Position numbers and translations under genes: made by a program. The notes beneath the pieces were generated by a model. The model ran no database searches and was not told where the DNA came from. It saw only the letters and a program-made list of their open reading frames with translations. A DNA stretch of 60,574 nucleotides, counting the filler, from Dimargaris cristalligena (lineage: Eukaryota): assembly GCA_003614675.1 (NCBI GenBank). It is 6 parts of 6 records of this genome, joined end to end, with 100 filler letters (N's around TTAATTAATTAA, not from the genome) between each part and the next. Parts side by side here need not be neighbours in the genome. Positions count along the whole stretch, not along the records: positions 50,603 to 60,574 come from ML003215.1; 5 more parts are not named here. One strand, written 5' to 3'. Every line of letters begins with the position of its first letter. Position 1 is the first letter of the stretch. This document shows, one piece after another, positions 50,503 through 60,574 of this stretch.

Positions 50503-50602
50503 NNNNNNNNNNNNNNNNNNNNNNNNNNNNNNNNNNNNNNNNNNNNTTAATTAATTAANNNNNNNNNNNNNNNNNNNNNNNNNNNNNNNNNNNNNNNNNN
50601 NN
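50503..50602. other. Artificial contig linker
   Basis: 44 N + TTAATTAATTAA + 44 N. Confidence 0.98.
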
Positions 50603-51042
50603 AGATGAATAATAGAGAAAGGGAGAGAAGGTCCCAGAAGATTGGATGACTAAGCAATGGGAAAGGGAAGGGAATTCCCAGACAATCATATTAGTCATCA
50701 CAAAGGGTAGGTAGTGCTCGGGTAACCAATAAATTTAATGTAAAACAATAGAAGGGAAAAAAAGAAAGGGATAAAGCTATTGTTAGCTATTCTTTGAACA
50801 GGGGTGCAGTCGGGCCAGGGGTGCATCACAGTCAAGGGTATAAAATATAATAATAGAAAAAACAATATAATAATGAAAATATAGGAAAAATGACCATACT
50901 CGTCAGGGGCAGGGGCTCATTTACTTGTCAGGGGCGTACTTCCGATAAGTGCAAAAAATGGATTAAAATAAAAGTAGGTAAAAAATGTGGTAAGTTCACT
51001 ACAAAAAGTATTCCACACTTGGGATGAGATGGTTTTCTAATA

Positions 51043-52294
51043 ATTTTGTCATATAGTACAGAGGGCTGGACTTTGCTGGGTTTGAGGGGGTTAAGACTGA
51101 GGTGGCCTTGGGGAAGTCACTGCTGATCTTCTAGTCATCCATCATGTTGTATGTCATCATCTTGCATCATCAGTTGATAAGAAAAATAAAATAAACTAGA
51201 AAATTTATATAAAAAAACACTATAATCAAACAGTATAATTAATTCAGTATAATCAATTCAGTACTCAGAGTATTGGCCCTCCTAATCTGACTTAATCCAG
51301 ACCTAACAATCACCCATCCTTATTAGGCCTTATAGTGTCATATTATCCCTCCCATAGTTACCCCTAGTACTATGGGGTCATCATTTATTATATAACCCCA
51401 CTCCTTCCAACCCCAACACTTTGTACCCAACACTTAACTTGTTGATCTAAGACTCTTCCAGTTCTCATGAGAGTCTTCCCTATCCATACCTTATTCTTAG
51501 TAGTATTTCCCTTGGGACCTCCCTACATATATAACCAGGCCCCACTGGGCCTGGTTCAAGGTTTCAGCTTATTTTTTATATCCCCCAGTTTACCTCAATA
51601 AACTCTATACACTTATCCCCCCTTATACTAACTAGTAAGTATGCCTACTACATGTCCCTGGCATTTACTTACATCTGTCCTTTATTGGTTAGTACCCCAC
51701 CCCCATCCTAATGCTAGTAGCCCACTTGGCCAAGTCTAAGCCCCACCTACCATTAGAAGCCTATCCCTGGGACTCTTGACAGACTAAGAGTGGTTAATTC
51801 TGGTAACACAGAGATACCACAACTTTGAACTAAGTAAATAAAAGTAAACAAATAGGAGTAGTGGCAATAAAATAATCAATAATGAAACTGGGTAAAAGGT
51901 TAATCATTGGTATCAATTGGTGAAGTTAAAATATATATTTATTTGTTTATCTCAAAACTAACTTATCCCTTCAACTGAGGGGACACTGCTATAGTATATA
52001 TAAGAAATCGACTAAACTAAAAAACTATCACTAAGAAATAAAGCTGCAATAATTGTAGGTCATAAAAAACTTATAATAGGAAGAAAATTAATTTACTGGC
52101 TAAACTATAGTCATGAATATATTAGATGGAAGTAAAATATAGAAAATGGAAGGTTGGAAGACACATTCTTCCCAGTCCTCCTTCATATTGGATATTGATA
52201 AAACTAATAAGAAGAATTCATGCTAAGTAGTTGTATAGCACAATTCCAAGAAGGAATCCACTGGAGGCTGGTTATTTATAAGCCCTACTCATAA
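51043..52294. repeat. Unclassified AT-rich repeat (copy 1, interrupted by solo LTR D); paralogue at 59855-60551
   Basis: Colinear direct repeat of 59855-60551 once 51271-51813 is removed. Confidence 0.85.
51271..51808 (+). mobile_element. Solo LTR copy D (538 bp), TSD CAGAG
   Basis: TATTGG (decayed TGT) ... GGTAACA, with CAGAG at 51266-51270 and 51809-51813. The empty site is visible at ~60061-60075. Confidence 0.92.
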
Positions 52295-52635
52295 ATAGAT
52301 AAATAATACAAATAGTGATATGAAGTGGCCAATCACCATGGGTTAAAATCACCATTGATTTTGATGGCCTATAACTTCATCAATAATAAATGGAAATATA
52401 TATAGAATAATAAGTTGGAAAGCTGAAGAAAAGGAGAATCGGCTTACATTAATAAATGTAATAACACTTTTGGCCCTAGACTGTTCCTATGGAATTAACT
52501 CATTCATTGTCCAGGGACCTCAAATCCATCCAAAATATGACTACTTCTTGGATTGGTAACTGGTGCTGGTACTTACATGGCCTTGGCTCAGCTGCCCATG
52601 GCAGTACAGATTATACTTATTATTCCCACTGGGAA

Positions 52636-53048
52636 TAATAAAGGCTAAGAGGTAAGTATATGCAAGGGATATACAGTAGTACACTTACTAGTTAGGTATA
52701 AGGGGGTGAGTGTATAGAGTTTATTAGATAAATAGGGGGTAAGAATAAGCTAAGGAATCTAACTAGTCCCAATAGGTCCCAGTTTTATATATGTGGGGAT
52801 AACTCCAGAGGGAGGTCCTAAGGAGGAAGGATACTACTAAGACTAATGTATAGGTAAATAGGCTACCTGGACAGTCATGGGTATCCAAAAGTTTCTGATG
52901 GTAACTGGAAGAGTCTTATAGATTAGCACTGGAGTGATTAGTATAAATAGGTGGAGTCTGGTTAGGGGGAAGGTTAATATGGTACTATAAGGCCAAATAT
53001 AGCTAATTACTAAGCAAGCTGGATTAGGGTAGATTAGATTGTCCAACA
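52636..53048 (-). mobile_element. Partial LTR copy E
   Basis: Homologous to ~24195-24650 (acacttactag..., gagtttatta..., gaaggttaatatggtactataaggcc). Boundaries approximate. Confidence 0.75.
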
Positions 53049-55202
53049 GCCAGCCCAAAGATGGGCCCTCAGATAACTATTATTCCTACATGACCTCCTA
53101 CATTTCCTAGATTCACTACTTTAATATTCATACCCTATTAGGGCTGTTATTAATAAACTAACCTTTCTAGGATATCCACACTTGCTCAGCCTTGTTCTTA
53201 ATACTACTATGTGAAGTGCCCCTCTGTTTTTACTATGCAGCTTATCTGGCTATCCATTTGGTAAGTTCTTCTAACTTGTGGATTTTTTACAAATGCTCAA
53301 TAGCACATACTATATGGCTCATTATAATATGGGAGCCTAGGGTGATATGAGCTTCTGTTATTTGTTATACCCCATGCTTCTCTGTTGGATAATTGGAGCT
53401 GCAACTGTTCACTGCCGATTTGATGACAGAAATTAAAATATAGGAGCCCAGTGATGGGTTCTTGCCAGTGGGGTCGGAAGTTGGATCAAAACCTAGGTGG
53501 TAGGCCTCATCTAGCAGGTTCCGTGCCCACTCCCCCCCCCCGCCCCCTCCTATTATACAGGACACGGCCGTTTACATTTAGCCCATATATCAGCAGCTAA
53601 TAGTGAATGGACTGCCTAGCAAAGTCCAGTTTAAGCCGGTACTGCTATTGACGAATATGCACTTGACACTCCTTTTGGGATACTAGGATGAATGCTAATG
53701 GGATCTGGTCGTGTTTTTGGGATAGGTGCATTTAACGTATATAACTAACCCAAAATATTGGATTTTAAAAATAACCATTTGAATTGATAAGGGGCCTCTG
53801 GGGACAATATGAGCATCTGGTGGTTTGGTTTATAGGAAATCTATCCTTAGACAAGCCACTTAAGTATTAACTAGGGCCTTCAAATCCCCAGGCTGAAAGG
53901 GGTGGTATGTGTAAGATGGAGCTGGTGCCTATAGTATATCTAATTTCCTGAATATTGGCTCCAGCTGTGCTAGGGAGGGCCACGGCAAGAGCGCAACCAT
54001 CAGGATTAACATGCCTGTATTCCAAACCGTTTACTCTAGATTGCTCTGCTCTTTCATAAAATGGTGTATATTAAAAAAAATGGGCCTATTATTAGACACA
54101 AATTGTATTAGAATACTAAGGCTTTAAACAATAAAACTGGAAGTAAGGGAAGAAAGCAGCTAGAGGACGGTAGGTACCTCTAGGTGGTTAGTTTTATTAA
54201 GTTGTAATTTCTGTGGAGTGAAATATAATTGGGTGAAGATAGGATAGAATAAAGAACACGTAGGAACATATTCTTCAACAAATTGCTTAGGACATGGGCT
54301 GGCGATATCTGTGATAAACCACGGCCCCTTAAAGAGATGGATTTTTGTTTTGAATAGCCGGACTCCACTAAGGCAAGCCATTCTTGATACTACTTCTAAG
54401 GCAGTCATCCTTCCTCTTGTATAGGTCCCTCCCCTCTCCGTACTCCCTTCCGTTAGTCAGCCTAATGGTACACTTGTACGTGAATATTGTGGATTGCTGT
54501 ATGATGACCTCAAGGGATTATATTCTACCGATATAACAAAGCAGCTGATTTGCAGTTGCATTAATATTCTTTGTATATGGGGAAATCTGCGCTAAACTCA
54601 TACACTAAGTCAATTCAACCTAAATACCAACAAAGAGGCCTGCAAGCTCATTATCCCATCCCTCGATGTTGAAATTCGACAGGCTAGGGGGGACGGTGGG
54701 CTGAGTGGGAGTAACACCCGCCCATTTGCAAGGATATCCTTTCCAACTGCATTCCTATCACTAAGCGCACTAATCGAACAAAGAAGCTACATGTCCATGT
54801 CTATGAAATATCGATGGGGGAAACGGAAGAGGGGGAAGGCTAAGGTATCGAAAGTAGGCCCGTCGGGCATTGGATCATCGAGATTGGCAAACGATATGGA
54901 TATGAAAGTAGGGATCCTCCCTCAGCAGTCTAATAATTAACCGACCTTGGCCTCAAAAATGTGCCAAACCGATTTTAACTATAGTCCACCATTTGCCTAG
55001 CGCCATGGCGTGGGGTTGGTCGATTTTGATATAAAAAGAGCGGTGGCTGTCCTCTCTAAAAGTATTATCATCATTACTATTACATTCTCCATTTTCTATC
55101 ATCCTCACCTCATTCACTGACATTCACACATATTTACATTCCTACTAAAAAGTCAGGCTATTTATATCCTTCAATTTTTCGATTCACCACTTTCATCTCA
55201 CC

Positions 55203-55562
55203 ATGGCTTTCATCTCGTCCAAGAAGGTTTTGATTCTGGGTGCCTTCTGTGCCTTTACCGCTATGACATTTGCCCCAGTTAGTGTTACGGCAGGCAACCC
55301 TTCTGGGTCAAACCATGCCGATGTGGGTCAAACCAATCATCAAAACAAGCCCCCTGGCCAAGGCAACCGTTCACATAGGTTGTTTGCACGCGCCAGCTTC
55401 GTTCCTGTGAACAAACCCAACCAGAAAGACAATACTACTGTGAACAAACCCAACCAGAAAGACCATACTACTGTGAACAAACCCAACCAGAAAGACCATA
55501 CTACTGTGAACAAACCCAACCAGAAAGACAATACTGCTGTTAAACGCATTGGAAAATGTTAG
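55203..55562 (+). CDS. Small secreted protein, 119 aa, with four 11-aa tandem repeats
   Basis: caccATGg start, signal peptide KVLILGAFCAFTAMTFAPVSVTA, TATAAAA near 55030, repeats VNKPNQKD(N/H)T(T/A). Confidence 0.8.
   Translation: MAFISSKKVLILGAFCAFTAMTFAPVSVTAGNPSGSNHADVGQTNHQNKPPGQGNRSHRLFARASFVPVNKPNQKDNTTVNKPNQKDHTTVNKPNQKDHTTVNKPNQKDNTAVKRIGKC
55405..55536 (+). repeat. Coding tandem repeat, 4 x 33 bp
   Basis: Unit ctgtgaacaaacccaaccagaaagac(a/c)atact(a/g) at 55405, 55438, 55471 and 55504. Confidence 0.95.
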
Positions 55563-58500
55563 GTCGGCATTTTGAGGGACCACAGGGTCGAGATTCTTAT
55601 ACATCTGAGACACCACTCACTCAAATTCAGGTTATGATATTTTCTACTTGATTACTTGATACTATTGCTGAATATGGCCACTTAAATGAATAAACACTGG
55701 TTGTCATCGATTCTGATTATATATGCATAGGTATATAGCACACTTTTCACTTTTGGCAATTATTAGTAATTCGGGTGCTGCCATAGTGGAAAATATTATC
55801 AAATGTGAGAATACCCAAGCCTAGGTGCTATGTTATTAAGAGACCATTCGCAGTAAGGCTGTGAAGGGCGTTTTAAAGGTAACAGTGGTGGCTACTATAT
55901 AATAAAAGGGTTTCCTAACTAGTAAATGGAGGTATTGTATATGGCTTGTAAATTGTGTGGTAACTATGGAATTTGACTCGACTTTGTATAGCCTAGCAGG
56001 CTAGGGATAAAGAGGTTGGACCAGCAAGAGCATGTTGGAATATGGAACTAGTAGAGATAATGCAAACATATAAAGATAAAGTCCGGATAGCAACTGTAGA
56101 GATATTGATTCTGTAAATAGGGAAACAGGGATTGGGAAGTAAGATTGGCCGAAGAAGCGATGCCTTCAGTGATATAAGTATTGTGCCCTATTGATAAATC
56201 TAGGCAATGATGGTTCCCAGAACTTAAGGATGGGGCTTAATTATTATCTTTGATAATATATCACAATAACCTCATCATTTTGGCCGACATTTGCAATATA
56301 GCAGTTAGAAGATGTTAAAGTTAGCTATAGGTTGTATTTGGCTATCAAGTAATTATAATTATGGAGAACTAAGGGTCAATGCCATATATACTATCACGAT
56401 AATTAGAGGGATAGGTAATATACACTATTAAGGGCAGCTGGCTTTTGGTAGTGGCTGTCCCGTTTCACACTTTCAATCCCGTTTTTAGGTGCTGCCTCCC
56501 TTCTCCCTCCCATAATGCCACTAAACAGGACACCGGCGATCCGCTGAATTTGGGATCCAGTCAGCTCGGGTTGAATTTGAGACTTAATTCGACCGAATTG
56601 CCCAATCCAGGTGCTCGAATGTAGGACAACGTTAATACCAAATTGGCAGATCAAAGATTCCCATAGCATGCTACCTATTCTACAGGCCACGGCGGCCATC
56701 TGTATTGATATGCATCATGAAAACCCTAATTCGACCTGGTTTTTCGGATCTAGCCCACTAGTGACACAGGAGGGCAGGCGATTAGCCACTGGACCATAAC
56801 TTATGAGGCGAAGTTTGCATTATTCAACCCGGGCCCCTACCTGATAGATACTAGCTACAAAATCGCTTCGAAGAATTCACCATCAATACTTATGAGCTTG
56901 GGCTTACAATATTGGTACTGAGCACTGCTCGGGTACTCCTCACTAGATTGTATATTTTCAGTTCTGGATACCTCATAAAAAAATACAAATAGTTTACTCG
57001 ACTATTCGTAGTAATAAGCTTTGTTTGAGCGAGTGTTCGAAGAGAATGGGCCCTTGGTTCTGATTTGATGACAGTATGGTTGCTGGCGTTTCTTTTTCGG
57101 AGTTATTAAATTTGGATTGTTTATATATTTATCACCTAGTGCCAAACATTGGACAATGTTAATATTGTCCCTGAATTACATCAAACCGATAATGACTCCA
57201 AAAATGGACATGCTGCATCGGCCACAAAGTCCAACATGTATATGCTCTATTATATTTGGGAAATACCTGACATTATTCAATGAAAAGATACTAAATAGGT
57301 TTTTTTTTTTTTGCAATGGCCGAGACATGAGGTATGATGCGCCAATGGCAGTCGAGGCAGTTGTTCAACTCGACTTATTAACCATGGGCAAAATCACAAA
57401 AAGTGGTAGGCATGGTCGAAAAAAAACGCAATACGCATAGACTATGCCTAAATAGGCCCGACTTGAGGGTACTGTACATCAACAAAACAGCAACTTAACG
57501 GAATAGCGTGGATTGCTTACTAGCAGAATTAGGAAAGGATTGCCTAGGCTGGCTAACCCTATATATGCAAGTCATCCACCCAATAAAACGGTCAGTATCG
57601 GTACATTAGCTTAGGGTAATCGAGTATCTCATTAAATATTACATTACTAGGTTAGGAGGGGAGGGTGAGGGGGGAGAGGCCCAAGGCATGGGAGAAATCC
57701 AACCGGGGCTAATCCCAAAATAATCTCGTTAGAAAATGATGCGCGTCCGCAGGCGTGCCATCCATCAATCAGCCATTACATTAGTCGAGCCGTAAATCAC
57801 GCGTTTGTTACTTTAGCCAGTTAACTCTATGCAATTATGGTAGAATCAGCGTTGCAGTACGAACCCAACGAGATTGCAACCATTAGGAGAGATTGACTCC
57901 ATTAGTGATGTCGAGGTCACCTGATTCTCCCTACTCTAAAGCAACGCCTAAAAGGCGAAGAACGGTTACCGGCCCCATTAAAACATACCGAATTACCTGA
58001 GGTATAAATTAGATAATGATCTGCGCCACCCGGCAAACCTTATGTCTTAATAAAATACTTATACTTATATCTATACATCTAGTCATTATCCCCCTCGAAC
58101 CCCAACTCGGCTGATGTGTTGGATCCTAGCCTAACTCGGCCTAATTGTAACAAGATGTAGCTGTATGCCCCGCTGTACCTTCCCTGCCTCCTTTCGTATT
58201 CACCCAATCGAGCAGGGATTATCCGATCCCCACCTTGACTGAATCCACTAAGCGAATCTAAGTGAGAGGAAATTAGTCCGTGGCCGATACTGATCACCCC
58301 CGATGAGAATTATTCCCGTCGTAGCAATCTAAGGGTGCTCCATTTCAATGATCGACGCTTCCCCACCTACTGTTGATAAACTGGGTCGAAATATTGCGGG
58401 CAGGCCGGCCTCACCATATCCTTATTTTTGAGGGGTAACGGACCTTCCTATCTAAAGCAAGCCCAGCGACATTGTTTCTTTATAAGTAGGGACCGCCTCG

Positions 58501-58674
58501 GCCTACTTGGAAAAATTATCATACCACCGACTGTGCCCTTTACGCCATACTTACTCGCTGTGTTTTCTTCTTTTCTGCAACGATATTCTTTTGAGGTTGA
58601 TAGCCTAAATCAACCCAGTAAATAGTAATATCTCGCCACCATCCCCAACCTTCTCCACCCGTCTACTGCTCATC

Positions 58675-59370
58675 ATGAAGGCCATGCTTATGATTACTTT
58701 GGCTAGTCTGGCCGTCATTGCTGCCCAACCCATGGAGGCGCCTAATAAGTGTGGACCCCCAGCTGCCTCCAGCACCACCTCTATCACCACCACTTCCGCC
58801 ACCAATACCTTTACTGCTACCACCACCTCTACCGTATCCACCCCATCCAATAGCCCAAGCACTACCGGTTTTATCAGTTCGACCACACCCAGTACCACTA
58901 GTTACACTAGCTCCACCACGTCAAGTACCACTATCAAACCTAGCTCGACTACATCTTCCGCCTCCCCTACAGCCACCGTGATAATCAATAGCCCTGGTAA
59001 TAAAGTCGACCAAAGCCTTTGCCTCCAAAACGTCAACCAGTTCCGTTCCCAGAAGGGTCAAGGTGCCCTCCGCTACGACTCCCGCCTAGAGCAACTTGCC
59101 ACCTACCATTCGACTTTCATGTTTACGACCATGAACTTCACGACATGGAATGCCAATGGCACCCTGGGCGAGCGCCTCGACAAAATGGGGGTACAGCATG
59201 GTTACGCGGATGTGGATATCGGTATTGGGTTCAGCAATGCCACTGAAGCCGTCGATGCATGGACGACGTCCAGCCGACATGTGGCCAAGTTCATCGACGC
59301 GACTATAAATGCGATGGCCTGCGCCTATGTGGATGACTGGTGGACGGTCAATGTAGCCGCCATTAACTAG
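58675..59370 (+). CDS. Secreted CAP/SCP (PR-1-like) protein with Ser/Thr-rich stalk, 231 aa
   Basis: Signal peptide, S/T-rich region, then VNQFRSQKGQGALRYDSRLEQLATYHS...AVDAWTTSSRH...WWT, matching the CAP fold pattern. Confidence 0.85.
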   Translation: MKAMLMITLASLAVIAAQPMEAPNKCGPPAASSTTSITTTSATNTFTATTTSTVSTPSNSPSTTGFISSTTPSTTSYTSSTTSSTTIKPSSTTSSASPTATVIINSPGNKVDQSLCLQNVNQFRSQKGQGALRYDSRLEQLATYHSTFMFTTMNFTTWNANGTLGERLDKMGVQHGYADVDIGIGFSNATEAVDAWTTSSRHVAKFIDATINAMACAYVDDWWTVNVAAIN

Positions 59371-59694
59371 ACTGCCATCCGTCCGATAGGTGAGAGCGAG
59401 TGTTAAACAAGTATGGTCCCTGGGCCCCCATGGAGCAGTCCCTCCCGATTGCCTCTGTTGGCAATATTTTATTTGGGACCAGCTATGTGTGGGTTCCAAT
59501 TTGAAGCATACCTCTATTCCCTCCCCTCCCATAACCATGTGTATTTCAAGGGCCTAACAAACTCTAGCCAGATTGATCTGGAATTACTATTTATATGCTT
59601 AATGATTATTGAACTATTCTATTACTTTACTATTATTAAAGGCTAAAATTGACCTGTTTTTTTCCATTCCTGTAATAAATCTAACCATATCAGA

Positions 59695-59757
59695 TGTTAC
59701 CCAAGTCGACCACTCTTAGTCTGTCAAGAGTCCCGGGGATAAGCTTCTAATGGTAGG
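59695..59757 (-). repeat. LTR 3'-end fragment
   Basis: tgttacccaagtcgaccactcttagtctgtcaagagtcccggggataagcttctaatggtagg matches the LTR terminus at 6963-7025. Confidence 0.8.
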
Positions 59758-59854
59758 TGTGTTGCCAACCATTTAAGGGGCTCTACTGGGTTGTCTTTGG
59801 GAGTATCAGCAGGAGGGGGAACCTCTGGTTTCTTTCCACTGGATGGGTCACTAT

Positions 59855-60551
59855 ATTTTGTCATATAGTGTGGAGGGTTAGACTTTGCTGGGTTTGAGGG
59901 GGTCAAGACCAAGGTGGCCTTGGGGAAGTTGCCACTGATCTTCTGGTCATCTATCACGTCATATGTTGTTTTCTCACATCATTAGTTGATAAGAAAAATA
60001 AAATAAACTAAAAACATTATATAAGAAAAACGTTATAATCAAATGGTATAATTAATTTGGTACTTAGAGATACCACAACTTTGAACTAAGTTAATGAAAG
60101 TAAATAAATAGGAGTAGTGGCAATAAAATAATCAATAATGAAACTGGGTAAAAGGTTAATTATTAGTATCAATTGGTGAAGTTAAAACAGATATTTATTT
60201 GTTTATCTCAAAACTAACTTATCCATTCAATTGAGGGGACACTGCTATAGTATATATAAGAAATCGACTAAACTAAAAAACTATCACTAAGAAATAAAGC
60301 TGTAATAATTGTAGGTCATAAAAAACTTATAATAGGAATAAAATTAATTTACTGGCTAAACTATAGTCATGAATATATTAGATGGAAGTAAAATGTAGAA
60401 ATTGGAATGTTGGAAGACACATTCTTCCCAGTCCTCCTTCATGTTGGATATTGATAAAACTAATAAGAGGAATTCATACTAAGTAGTTGTATAATGTAAC
60501 TTTAAGAAGGAATCTACTGGAGGCTAGTTATTCCTAAGCCCCACTCATAAA
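59855..60551. repeat. Unclassified AT-rich repeat (copy 2, lacking the LTR insertion)
   Basis: Direct paralogue of 51043-52294. Confidence 0.85.
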
Positions 60552-60574
60552 GGATCAACAATAGTATAAAAGTA

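Noticed and set aside
55405-55536. CRISPR-like 33-bp periodicity
   Set aside because: Head-to-tail in-frame coding repeats with no unique spacers, in a eukaryotic context with no cas genes.

Overview
This window is not one locus. It is six unrelated ~10-kb contigs in descending length order, joined by artificial 100-bp linkers (44 N + TTAATTAATTAA + 44 N). The DNA is eukaryotic and fungal, with GT-AG introns, GC3-rich housekeeping genes and AT-rich repeat-laden spacers. The gene set and orphan secreted proteins suggest an early-diverging lineage, possibly Zoopagomycota (inference). Recognisable genes are SPC3, a TCAIM/DUF4460-like protein, a six-exon TTLL12-related gene, a probable SEN1 N-terminus, eIF3c (NIP1), the mitochondrial arginine-specific carbamoyl-phosphate synthetase large chain (CPA2), a rearranged cytoplasmic dynein heavy-chain fragment, a CAP/SCP protein and several orphan secreted proteins. 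Repeats are a solo-LTR family with 5-bp TSDs, a ~137-bp MITE family with GGG...CCC ends and ANAT TSDs, and a Tc1 remnant. Top observation: an unannotated 27-codon uORF at 36051-36134 closely matches the fungal arginine attenuator peptide but lies upstream of the LARGE CPS-A subunit, not the small subunit where the AAP is known. Other notable points are a TTLL12 SET-like protein with inserted UBA-like and CS domains and no ligase domain, RIP-like C-to-T decay of repeats, and an inverted-chimera dynein contig.
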